Source: Balanoglossus misakiensis
Lineage: Eukaryota > Animalia > Hemichordata
DNA length: 64,000 bases
Assembly (NCBI GenBank): GCA_040954595.2
Contig: CM082598.2
Location: 5,409,097 to 5,473,096, forward strand
Reading direction: 5' to 3'
The position numbers and the translations under genes are program-made. Shown here in pieces: positions 40,701-48,807 of the stretch. Every line of letters starts with the position of its first letter. Positions within the stretch are counted from its first letter, which is position 1. Below the pieces are notes generated by a model, which saw nothing but the letters and a program-made list of their open reading frames with translations, was not told the DNA's origin and ran no database searches.

Positions 40701-42328
40701 GTCTCTCTCTCGCTGCCCCTTTTCCATTAATTATGTTTGATACAAGGCGCCGTTTATGTTAATGTACATATATAGTGAATCAACATTCGACCACACACAA
40801 CTTCCATCCCGTTTGTAGGATATGAAAGTAAATATCTTGCCAAAATGAATAAATGGTAAAGACTGATTATTCATTTAGGTGTGTTTCATTCTCGTGTCTT
40901 CAAGTGGGATGGAAGTTGTGTATGATCAAACGTTGATTCACTACATGTACGGTGTCTTGTATCAATTACACTTAATGGAAAAAGGGCAGCGAGAGAGAGA
41001 CTTTGTCCCTTTAAACATACCTCATTCAGCTGTGCAGGAAGCATGATCATTCGGATGTAGTCCAAGAGCGCCGACACAGACACAGTTCCAGTATTCTCAG
41101 GATCGCACGAATAGAAGATGGTATCCACTAGGTCCTCCTCGGTGATCAAACGACTGATGTTGGTGTCGCTGTGCGCAGAGGTGACTGACCCGCTGCTGTG
41201 GTGACGACGCTTCTTCGAATGAACCTCTACCGACTCCATCCGTGGCAGAGTGAACATCTCAGAATCAACGGAGACACTTTCACTTGTCTCTTGGGTATCC
41301 TTCACAAAGACTTCCTGGACTTCACTTCTGCCCGCAGACTGGAACCCCTCCGTGCCCACAAGGTAAGTATCTGACAAGTTGCTTGGTCCGTTGGTATCCT
41401 CGACAAACTCGATATCAAGGCTTTTGACTGGCTGCAGGCGGATTGTCTTCACAAATGTATCAGAGAAGCTCATTGGCTGATTGTCTGTAACTTTCTTGCT
41501 GATTGGCTGGGACTTTCTTGAAACACCTGTGTCTGATAAGCTGGAAACAGTCAAGTCTCGGGTTGGCTTGTATGGGGTAAGACCTGGCTGTGGGTCACCA
41601 CTGAAAAACGTTCCACCATAAGCATTCCTTTCAATCTTTCTGTAAGCTGCACTCTTTGGTGTACTATCAGAACTGGACAAGACTTCTTTGTAACCCTTGA
41701 CTGAGTCTCGAAAACTATCAATTTCATCCTCAATAGACTTCTGATGGTTTCTTTCTGTCGATGAATCATATGAACTTGCGCTTCCAGCGTTGAATGATTG
41801 TCTCATTAATGTGGGCTTGAAACGTCTCTCTGTTGATGTCATTGGTCGATTCAGCGAACCAGGTGTAGATGTAACAGGCGACGTGATTGGCCCTTTCATG
41901 AGGCTACCGTACATGAAGGAACTGCTCATTGGTTTCGACTTCTGAGCTGAAGTCTGCGTAGGTGTCGATTTATCACAATCGTAACTTCCATTTGCGCTGC
42001 TGTGGTAAGGTTTCTCGGCTCTGTTCAGCGTATCCGAATCCATGGTTACAATACTGAAGGAATCCGACAGTTTATACAACTTGGACGTGTAGTCATCTAC
42101 TGCCTCCGTGGAATAATCCGAACTCAGTAAGTCGCTGTTGAGATCACTCAAACTCATTTCTGGGGAATACAAGGAACTTGATCTCTCGGGTTTCATCTCA
42201 ATATATTCCGAGGTTGTGTAGCGCTCTTTTCTCCTGCCCGTAGTTCTGGTTGTAGAGGACGATGAGAACTGAAACCCACGTCCTGAAGACATTGAACCAC
42301 TTCCAGAATTATTTACAGACTCTTCCAT
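4274..42328 (-). CDS. Multi-exon gene, KASH5/LRMP(IRAG2)/IRAG1-family EF-hand coiled-coil protein, about 1598 aa in 25 coding exons, 3'-partial
   Basis: All 25 exons have GT-AG borders, matching phases and a continuous open frame. EDLVDTIFYSCDPENTGTVSVSALLDYI...LGRILDPG...INLQTYHSGVTKWI resembles the KASH5/Lrmp EF-hand pair. GSLEG...IEDLQHQVKKLTEQNVKLHAQMETTEDANAAL parallels the remembered KASH5 coiled-coil start. The MRVI1 domain and TM/KASH tail were not seen and presumably lie left of the window. Confidence 0.8.
4456..5200. repeat. (CAT)n / (CAC)n microsatellite with an internal (GAT)n inversion
   Basis: Seen directly; lies in the intron between exons 24 and 25. Confidence 0.97.
5265..5485 (-). 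CDS. Coding exon 24
   Basis: Tandem aagtag acceptor / gtaagt donor, phase 1 to 0. Confidence 0.75.
5545..6121 (+). mobile_element. Array of four full/partial family D MITEs (TA|CAGTCAAACC TIR, pogo/Tigger-like)
   Basis: Units start at about 5545, 5734, 5866 and 6031; GGTTTGACTG ends. Confidence 0.85.
6178..6269 (+). mobile_element. MITE family E (piggyBac-like, TTAA|CCCTTTCACC TIR, about 90 bp)
   Basis: CCCT...AGGG|TTAA termini. Confidence 0.8.
6712..6880 (+). mobile_element. MITE family G (CAGTGTGCCCT TIR; other copies 33017-33183 and 45470-45625)
   Basis: TIRs, three copies, repeated TGACTC motifs. Confidence 0.78.
7280..7495. mobile_element. MITE family A, left part
   Basis: Left TIR and centre; truncated where the tandem repeat begins. 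Confidence 0.8.
7500..7982. repeat. Composite tandem repeat, units of 97, 97, 137 and about 137 bp sharing a 66-bp core
   Basis: GGTTTGCA core starts at 7510, 7607, 7704 and 7841. Confidence 0.92.
8157..8422 (-). CDS. Coding exon 23
   Basis: ttttgcag / gtaagg, phase 2 to 1; overlaps ORF 8101..8391. Confidence 0.82.
8540..8753 (+). mobile_element. MITE family C (TA|CTGTAAAACACTTTATTTTCGCGAG TIR, about 210 bp, TA TSD; Tc1/mariner-like)
   Basis: About 25-bp TIRs with TA flanks. Confidence 0.87.
9141..9214 (-). CDS. Coding exon 22
   Basis: aatgcag / gtgagt, phase 0 to 2. Confidence 0.75.
9410..9771. mobile_element. MITE family A, full length
   Basis: Long inverted arms, TTAA/CTAA flanks. Confidence 0.88.
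9826..9976 (-). CDS. Coding exon 21
   Basis: ttgttacag / gtatta, phase 2 to 0. Confidence 0.8.
9988..10177 (-). mobile_element. Two tandem half copies of family D
   Basis: TACAGTCAAACC at 9988 and 10080. Confidence 0.82.
10174..10354 (-). mobile_element. MITE family B at the internal TTAA of a family D copy
   Basis: TIRs and TTAA flanks. Confidence 0.87.
10398..10941 (-). CDS. Coding exon 20, Ser-rich low-complexity region
   Basis: ttttattttcag / gtaagt, phase 1 to 2; overlaps ORF 10394..10921. Confidence 0.82.
11140..11346. repeat. Tandem repeat, about 90 bp x 2.3
   Basis: TACAAACTTTTCAAACCAA x3; TTTCGGTGATTTGAAACATCGGACTGAAAGC x2. Confidence 0.88.
11443..11551 (-). CDS. Coding exon 19
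   Basis: ttgttgcag / gtaagt, phase 0 to 1. Confidence 0.8.
11670..11975. mobile_element. Family J, Kolobok-like end GGCAGCTCTAGAGGCT|TTAA (other pieces 7990-8104, 19960-20108, 36630-36784)
   Basis: Shared terminus and subterminal sequence in four places. Confidence 0.7.
12406..12616 (+). mobile_element. MITE family C
   Basis: TIRs, TA TSD. Confidence 0.9.
12817..13200. repeat. Tandem repeat, about 120-135 bp x 3
   Basis: GGTTCTGTATTCTAAAAGTTCT x3. Confidence 0.92.
13755..14098. mobile_element. Crypton-like non-autonomous element with a 186-bp palindrome
   Basis: Arms 13759-13944 around CCCGAGGGCATAGCCCGAGGG; second IR TATAACACACC / GGTGTGTTATA. The Crypton assignment is inferred from architecture. 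Confidence 0.6.
14185..14268 (-). CDS. Coding exon 18
   Basis: ttttgtag / gtaaga, 84 nt, phase 0; ELQKLQKELSEYKQ. Confidence 0.82.
14352..14520. mobile_element. MITE family A, left half
   Basis: Left TIR to the central loop. Confidence 0.78.
16764..16847. mobile_element. MITE family A, right-end fragment
   Basis: GAGAGACTTTGTCCCTTTAA end. Confidence 0.75.
18294..18492 (+). mobile_element. MITE family C, left end clipped
   Basis: Body matches the family. Confidence 0.85.
18618..18708 (+). mobile_element. MITE family E
   Basis: Family body, AGGGTTAA end. Confidence 0.8.
19244..19436 (+). mobile_element. MITE family B
   Basis: TIRs; right TSD degenerate. Confidence 0.87.
20827..20987 (-). 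CDS. Coding exon 17
   Basis: tctgtag / gtaaga, phase 1 to 0. Confidence 0.85.
21016..21227 (+). mobile_element. MITE family C, divergent subfamily (also a fragment at 21974-22045)
   Basis: TIR variant CTGTAAAACRGGTTATTTT. Confidence 0.8.
21388..21523. mobile_element. MITE family A, right arm
   Basis: Terminus abuts the exon 16 donor. Confidence 0.82.
21529..21569 (-). CDS. Coding exon 16 (41 nt)
   Basis: gtttcag / gtaagt, phase 2 to 1; needed to keep the frame between exons 15 and 17. Confidence 0.8.
21748..21869 (-). CDS. Coding exon 15
   Basis: attgcag / gtaagt, phase 0 to 2; coiled-coil-like. Confidence 0.85.
22301..22660. mobile_element. MITE family A, full length
   Basis: TTAA at both ends, long TIRs. 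Confidence 0.9.
22843..22997 (-). CDS. Coding exon 14
   Basis: tttgtgacag / gtgtgt, phase 1 to 0. Confidence 0.82.
23214..23393. mobile_element. MITE family A, loop plus right arm
   Basis: Matches the right half of the family. Confidence 0.78.
23484..23610 (-). CDS. Coding exon 13
   Basis: caacttag / gtaaaa, phase 0 to 1. Confidence 0.85.
23651..23876. mobile_element. MITE family A, left-truncated
   Basis: Centre and right TIR with TTAA. Confidence 0.85.
24035..24247 (-). mobile_element. MITE family C
   Basis: TIRs, TA TSD. Confidence 0.9.
24265..24495 (-). CDS. Coding exon 12
   Basis: tttttgtag / gtaaat, 231 nt, phase 0. Confidence 0.88.
24888..25088 (-). CDS. Coding exon 11, coiled-coil end and candidate Spindly motif SLHSEL
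   Basis: poly-T tract then caaacag / gtaagt, 201 nt, phase 0. Confidence 0.88.
25219..25490. mobile_element. Family L, hairpin-ended repeat (other copy 20566-20750)
   Basis: TTTCTCACACTCCTGGCACGCGGGGAGTGTGAGAA hairpin shared by both copies. Confidence 0.6.
26113..26378. mobile_element. MITE family A, internally deleted
   Basis: TTAA at both ends; the right end abuts a family D half. Confidence 0.87.
26375..26454 (+). mobile_element. Family D right half
   Basis: GTGGCCACTATA...CACAGGTTTGACTGT. Confidence 0.78.
26464..26523 (-). CDS. Coding exon 10 (KTRKLEDLHTMVEEMSRLNK)
   Basis: tctccag / gtgagt, 60 nt, phase 0. Confidence 0.85.
27320..27600 (+). mobile_element. Interspersed family K fragment (others 11980-12125, 16340-16585, 24580-24836)
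   Basis: Shared core TTTATCTCAAAATAGAGCGTGGTGACCA in both orientations; class unknown. Confidence 0.7.
28161..28372 (-). mobile_element. MITE family C
   Basis: TIRs, TA TSD. Confidence 0.9.
28420..28496. repeat. (GT)n / (GTGC)n / (CT)n microsatellite
   Basis: Seen directly; other dinucleotide tracts at 31666-31699, 48758-48800 and 52390-52415. Confidence 0.9.
28658..28749 (+). mobile_element. MITE family E
   Basis: Family body and TIRs. Confidence 0.8.
28771..28827 (-). CDS. Coding exon 9
   Basis: cttgcag / gtaggg, 57 nt, phase 0. Confidence 0.85.
29204..29413 (-). mobile_element. MITE family C
   Basis: TIRs, TA TSD; abuts the exon 8 donor. Confidence 0.9.
29420..29497 (-). CDS. Coding exon 8
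   Basis: gttacag / gtaaca, 78 nt, phase 0. Confidence 0.85.
29882..30051 (-). mobile_element. MITE family B, small internal deletion
   Basis: TIRs present. Confidence 0.85.
30086..30136 (-). CDS. Coding exon 7 (EKEKSIVDVRISNLQDE)
   Basis: ttctctcag / gtaaaa, 51 nt, phase 0. Confidence 0.85.
30507..30624 (-). CDS. Coding exon 6, coiled coil
   Basis: ttcactag / gtaagt, phase 2 to 0; EENEDLRGAIATLEENNKDL. Confidence 0.9.
30773..30948. mobile_element. MITE family A, right half
   Basis: Loop to right TIR. Confidence 0.8.
31065..31223 (-). CDS. Coding exon 5, coiled-coil start
   Basis: gtttcag / gtactt, phase 2 to 2; heptad pattern resembling KASH5. Confidence 0.9.
31188..31370. repeat. Local direct duplication of the exon 5 acceptor region
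   Basis: About 65-bp near-identical copies at 31188-31252 and 31305-31368. Confidence 0.9.
31759..31831 (-). CDS. Coding exon 4 (LSLVSYGSLEG)
   Basis: ttcacag / gtaagt, phase 1 to 2. Confidence 0.85.
31893..32148. mobile_element. MITE family A, left-truncated
   Basis: Diverged centre and right TIR. Confidence 0.8.
32180..32310 (-). CDS. Coding exon 3
   Basis: ttttgtag / gtaggc, phase 2 to 1, open frame. Confidence 0.85.
32406..32755. mobile_element. MITE family A, full length
   Basis: TTAA at both ends. Confidence 0.9.
32771..32889 (-). CDS. Coding exon 2, second EF-hand half (SGDIEELGRILDPG...KWIESL)
   Basis: tttcag acceptor, gtgagt donor, phase 0 to 2; KASH5-like LDP and WI motifs. Confidence 0.9.
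33718..33910 (+). mobile_element. MITE family B
   Basis: TIRs and TTAA flanks. Confidence 0.9.
35587..35778 (-). mobile_element. MITE family B nested in family D (35506-35828)
   Basis: TIRs, TTAA, and family D sequence on both sides. Confidence 0.9.
37798..38252. mobile_element. Composite: A right end + B left part fused to a nearly complete A
   Basis: CTTTGTCCCTTTAA-GGTATACGG...GAGATCT-CTCTCGCTGCCC...CTTTGTCCCTTTAA. Confidence 0.85.
38651..38838 (-). mobile_element. MITE family B
   Basis: Left TIR intact, right end clipped. Confidence 0.87.
40688..41014. mobile_element. MITE family A, near full length
   Basis: TTAA at both ends; directly beyond the exon 1 donor hexamer. Confidence 0.9.
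41021..42328 (-). CDS. Coding exon 1 (436 aa): Ser/Thr-rich N-terminus plus first EF-hand half
   Basis: ATG in AAAATGG context with an in-frame TAA 5 codons upstream; donor GAG|gtatgt at 41020; the exon probably starts at the acceptor at 42545 (5'UTR part 42329-42545). Confidence 0.9.
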
Positions 42329-44367
42329 TTTTGATGCCAGTTAATAAATAGTTGAAATTGTATATATATTATGCTCAATATTGATATATCTCTTCATATA
42401 AAATGTAGTGGTTCATATATGTACATGTTATTTTACAGTGTTTATTTTTGCATCAACCTGGAGTCTTCCGACAACATCAGACTGAAATTCTCTCAATAAA
42501 TAATCCATACAATATAATACACATCTGTCTGTACACAGGAGATGCCTGAAAAAAATAATAAACAAAAAATGATTATTAATTTTGTGCAAATGTCATTGTG
42601 ATTTCATGATCTGGAAAACATTACATTGGAAGTGTATATGTGTTGTAATAATCAAAGTTCATGATATTTTGGGCAATAATATGTATTATAGTGGATGAAA
42701 TCACAATTCCTGACTATCATATCTCTAGCCTAGAATTTAGAAAGAAACAAAACAGACCAAGTGCCACTCTCAAAATGTACCACATTTCATTTGTGTATAG
42801 GAAAGTAATTTTCCCATTCTTTATCAATAAAAATTAAAACAAGGAGATTTATCTGATAACACTCGTTGAGAAAGCAGAAAGAATACAAACTTTTTTTGAC
42901 AAAGCAGTACTGCATGATTGAGACTTGACAAACTGATGAGATTGTTATCTCAATGTGAAATCAATTAACACATCACTGTGGTCATCACTCCAAATCTACT
43001 TAAATTTATCAAGGCTGAACACTAACTCTCTTTGTTCATTTGAATAGACCTTTCCAGTTTATGTTTGTACACAATGCTAAAGCAAGGTTAATGAAAACCC
43101 CATCTTTTGTGGAGTTTAACTACTTATTATTACTTTCTATATTCTTTACTGTCAATTGCGTGATCTGGCCATGTGACCCACGGCCTTGTCATTTCCAGAT
43201 GACGGGCAAGCGATATTTCAGCATCCAGTAAAAGTTTTTCCGAGTATGTTTTTACTTTAGAACCACCAAACACGTAAGATGTATCAGGTATGGTGCCTTA
43301 TCAGCCTGATGGAGTTTTGGCTGTCATCTGGAAATTTGAATGCTAACGTAACTGTGCCTGAGCGCTTCTGACGTCATTTGATATCGAAGAATAATTATAT
43401 GCAGTCTTTTGTATTATACCCCCATAAAGGAAGTTTCAGTAAATGAAAGTCAGTTCAAAGATAAGCGAACTGCAGTTAACCCAGGCCCTCTACAAAGTTG
43501 ATCATAGTAAATGATTTCATCTAATCAGATTCAAAGCGCACAGCTGAGCATTTCCCTATTGTACTTATACATGATGCAGTTACCGCATTTTCCAATTGGC
43601 CCTAAGCTTGGCCACAGTACAGTGCAAGCATGGGCTCTTTATGGTAAAAGCTTTAATTACTGGAGAGCAAAGCATCCACACATCTGTATTTGGCATGTCC
43701 TTCAATAAACCATTTCACACTACATGTACCGTATATTGATAAGTGATCCTGAGAAATGATTTGATTTTAGAAGAAAAAAACAGTTGCATAATGATCAGCC
43801 AAAAAACAACTTATGAATTTGGAACAGCCACAAATTTGTTTGAAATTTGGCAAAAAAAAATTCAGTCTATGTCACCCTTCACCAAAAATCACCAAGCGAC
43901 TAGTGGACTAATCTGTGTGTGTGGGGGGGGGGGATGCACTGTCCCTCACTAGAGTATTGTAGACATCCACACTGCCGACTGCATTATATTGACTGGAGTT
44001 GAGTCAGCATGCTGGGTTAAGTGAGTGCAACTAATTGTTTAACAAGGTTAACCTAATCGGTCTGCAAGCGTCTTTCTTCCACCTGCGACCACAGATCTCC
44101 TACCATTAGCGGTAAAGATGTACCAGTAGCTTTGCTAGCTGTAGTCAGTGTACGGTTAGGTAAAGATCCTTGAGCAGTCACTCACACACAAAGCTGCAGA
44201 CCCATCCCCACCAGGGGGATTATACCAATTGTAATGCACTGGAACTTTGACTTGTAAATATCTAAGCAAAATTCATGAAAATGACCCACACATAGCTTCA
44301 ATCCTTCATTCTGATTATTACCTGTTCAGTTTACCTTAGAACTTTCCTCAATGAACAGGAGATGATC

Positions 44368-44716
44368 TTAAAGGGACAAAGTCTCTCTCTAGCTGACCTT
44401 TTTCCATTAATTATGTCTGATACAAGACACCGTTTATGTTATTTTACATTTGGATATATAGTGAATCACCATTCGACTACACGACTTCCATATACATCCC
44501 CCGTTTACAAGATATGAGAGAAAAAAATCTCGCCAAAATGAATAAATGGTAGAAACTGATTATTCATTTTGGTGATTTTTTCACTCTCGTGTCTACAAGT
44601 GGGATGGAAGTTGTGTGTGATCGGATGTTGATTCACTATATATCCACTGTAGAATAGTGTCTTGTATCAAACGTAAATAATGGGAAAAGGCAAAGAGAGA
44701 GACTTTGTCCCTTTAA
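44368..44716. mobile_element. MITE family A, full length
   Basis: TTAA at both ends. Confidence 0.9.
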
Positions 44717-45177
44717 ATCAACTGCAATTAGAAGTACAGAACTGTTTTATAATGCAATTATAACATACATGTGTATACCAGCATATGAGAGGTCATGATG
44801 TCCTTCTTTCTATTTAAAGCCACAGTTTTGCCTTTGCCATCACCCTGATGCAAAGTACCCTGATGCAAAGTATCTATAAATTGCCGTGTTTAAGAATGAA
44901 TAAAAATAACAATTGATAACATCAGGTTAAAATATATTTTGTAAAGTTCTGTCTGAAATGACGGAGAACAACTATTTTGATGCACACACGTATGTTCAGA
45001 CTTTCAGACTCCAAAAATACACTGTAATCCTACTTTAATGTCAACTCTAATGATATATTAGTCTAGCCTATCTGGTAGCTGGCCACCACTGTGGTTTTAA
45101 ACTCACAGTGGAACGTGTGCACGATACTCCATGGATGTGAACAAAAATCTAGTCGGGCGACTTATCTGCTGTACATC

Positions 45178-45387
45178 TTAAAGGTATACAGTCACCTCCA
45201 ATTTACCGTACATACATGTACACCCATATACCGGTATAGCTGAAATGGCATATTTGAGCGTTCTAAAGAACATATGGTGGCGCTCTTTTTTTCGCCTGTG
45301 CCACCCACTGAAAATCTGTGATTGGCTAGATCTCAAGTTGCCATGGCAACTATAGCTAATTTTCCATAGGTGACCGTATACCTTTAA
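45178..45387 (-). mobile_element. MITE family B
   Basis: TIRs and TTAA flanks, small insertions. Confidence 0.88.
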
Positions 45388-47208
45388 GCAAATCAGCAGA
45401 ACACATGCCATCTCAGATCTCATCCAATGTTCGTGCCCATTGACGAGTTGAAGTGGAGTTTCCAACACAAAGTGCCCATATGACACACCACTGACTCAAA
45501 AAACTCACTGGTGACTCAAGAAAATTATCGAAAATACATGCAAAGCGACAGGGCTGATTCAGAGAAATTTAAAAAAATCCTCAAACTGACTCAAAGCTTT
45601 GAAATGTTTGTTAGAGGGTACACTGTACTGATGTACACATACCGGGTACTTTCATGGAAACTTACAAGTAACACAACTGGGAACACCATAACCATGCATG
45701 ACACAAGGAGTTACTTACACCAGGGCACTAAAAGGTAATGTATGTCATATGAGATATAAATGTGACCACAACACAAAGTGGAAGGGGATTAGTTCAGATT
45801 TTATGTAACAGTCAACACTTCTGAAGAACTTAGAAACAAAAGTATAAGTACATACTCCACATAGACACCTGTACATGTAGGTAATAAAAACTTTCCTGGT
45901 ACTTGCAGATACTTAAACCTAGACTAGAAAAATACAAATGGACCAAGATGTTGGATAAAAGAAGATGGAAATTAATGTGTCATGCCGAAACAAATAAAAC
46001 AACATCGGTAAATATGTCTCAATATTGAAAGTAAAATAGATATGTGCTTTTTAAAAGAATATTTGGGAAAAACCAATACTTATATTTTGTATCCAAATAT
46101 ACTTAGAGTAAAAATTCTCATGGCAGTCCATCTATAAATATTCTGATTGATATTATACATGTCAAAATGGTATAAATATTATTAAAGGGCATTTTTTTTT
46201 TTTTACTATGCAACAAAAAACATACATCACTTGTATGACATAGATCATTATATGTGACAAAAACTGTGAGAGAGACTCACTTAAAATGGTGGAATAATAC
46301 CATTATTAAAAGCTAGCATGTACAATGGACGAGGAAAGAAGGTAATCTAACACTACTTTGTCACGATCAGATTGGGGCTAAATGTCTTAACATCACAATT
46401 TCATTGTACATAATCGATTTTCCCAGCTAACATATTCATTAAAAATCACCTCATGCCAACCACCACAGCCAACTTCAAGTATGCATCTGGGAAACCACTG
46501 TGGTCATATTGCTAAGAACCATATGTATTGTTCAGCTGGACCTCCTTGGTTGTGGATGTGAAGTGGTTATTAAAAGGTGATCAATCACTTCTATTGTTGG
46601 CAAGAAGCAAGACAAGGTCTTTCTTCACTGAATTCAACTGTTGATATCCATAAAAATTTAGGCAGTAGAAGTTACATGTAAGTGTGAACTGGTGAGTGGT
46701 GATGGCTGTACACTAGTCTTAATGTCTCGTATATCTTGTATCAATGGATGAAATGCAAGTTAACATATTTGCTATTTAGTATTTCATGACTTGTATAGGT
46801 CTACTTACAATTGTAATAAACATAGCGTCAAGTACACAGTTGTCCCATTTGGGGATTACATTGAAATTTCAGCAGTGAGTGTCCTCAACCCTAGAACTGT
46901 TTTATTATTTTTGGAAGAACGCAAAAAATTAAAGCAGAGAATAATTATTTTATTTTAGGTCATGAAACAAAGAACATTTGAATTTTATAACTTATATTTA
47001 GAGGCTGTGAGATTTAATCAGTTTCTAATTTGTCTTAGTTCTTCATTGTTAGGTGATGCAACCCCATTGTTTGAAACAACTCATGGACCTAGATACACAG
47101 CAATAGGGGTGGAAGGGTTACAGTAAGCTAGAGAGGTAACAGTATACCAGGCAACAGTTAGTATGTTTAATCAACAGGTGGTTGAACACGTATCTGCTTT
47201 TTTAAGTG

Positions 47209-47286
47209 TTCATCCTTTCACCCCAGTTCCCTTTATAGAGGTCCAACTTTACCATAGAAAAGAGTGGATTTGGACCAAACCATGGG
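47209..47286 (-). mobile_element. MITE family E, partial
   Basis: Reverse-complement match to the family body. Confidence 0.7.
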
Positions 47287-48756
47287 CTAACATGGGCATG
47301 GACCCTTCAAAAAAAGCCTGTCTATTATCTAGTAGTGATTTCATGAAAGGGACAGGTGTTTGAAAATTTGAAGCAAACATCTTGATTTTAAACACTTATG
47401 GTTATCATAGTGAAAATTATGTCAAAAATATATAGAGAACCTACCTTATACCTTTCCCTGACCAAATGTACAGACAACATAAAATTTACACAAACTTATC
47501 CTGTACAACTGCACTATTGTATTGATAAAAAAAACTAGATCACTGTTTCACTGTTACTTCATTTCAGGATAGACATTTTCTGTTTGTAGGTAAGGACATG
47601 TACTACATCATATTTCCAAATGATAATTTTAGAATATGCATTAAATGGAACTATTTATCACTGACCTGTATAGAGTATGCATTGATAAATCTGCTGGTAT
47701 GATTTCACATTGTGTGAGAACAGTGCCCTGTCTCTGACACACCAAAAATAGCCAGACCATGATAACCATCATTCACTGTACAGGCTCTTCTAGGAAAATG
47801 AATGCCAATTTAGACACAGGACACCATATTGATTTTGACTGTGAAATGTGGACTGGCTACCAATGTCAAAGTCACCTGATGATCTTTCAGGGCGAACAAC
47901 ATTGAACTAGAATGAACAGAAGAACTAACCAGGTGGCAATGATAAACATCAACTAAAATTTCACAAGTATAAATTGCATACTAGTGCACACAGGCATGTA
48001 TCATTTTACTGAAAGTTTTGACTAGTATTATATTTTTGTCTTCACAATTTTGCCATTGAATGGAGAGGCGCACACAGATAATCTACACATTTATCCAAGA
48101 GTACAGTAGAAACCTAACACCACAGTGATGAAGTTGTTATCCCAGCACATCAGTAATCAATTACTTGCCGAAGTGTAACTAGACATATATTGTTGCTATC
48201 ATTTCAATGAAGCCATACCAAGAAGACTAAGCAATAATGGAATGCAACTTGTCACGATATACAACGTATGTATACACATGTAGTGGTACTGAGCTTAACA
48301 CTGCTGGTATAGGAATTGGTTTACAACTGAATGTCAAATTTTGTAATTTTCTTCTTCTTTTAAATGTCTTCATAATAAAAAATATATAACATGCTCTGTC
48401 ACGGAGCATTCTGTCTAGCATTATTAGAACTTAATCTCTTTGTCTACAAAAATAACAACCGGGGTAGTTCTGAGTCACCAGGTGAAGGTTTGATGCCTAA
48501 ATGTCACCATAGAGGCTAGCTGCTTTCTTGGGCGAAGATATGGAAAAAAACTCTGGAATTCACTCAAGCACGTTCAGCCGTTATGTCTTGACCTCAGATA
48601 CAATCATGGCCCTATTGATTTTTTTGTCAACTTGACAGCATATTATGGCAATCAAACCCAAACATACCAATACACAAGGTCAATAGCCCAATTAAATATG
48701 AAGTATGCCCTTGTTCACCTGATCTGAGTTACATCAAAGCAAACACATACACACAT

Positions 48757-48807
<51 letters not shown>

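Noticed and set aside
40886-42328. Stand-alone 480-aa single-exon gene
   Set aside because: The tail is MITE sequence; the donor at 41020 joins in phase to the second EF-hand half at 32889.
42915-42966. Hammerhead-like CTGATGA...GAAA
   Set aside because: Stem II does not close flush, and there is no correctly placed UH cleavage site or stem I.
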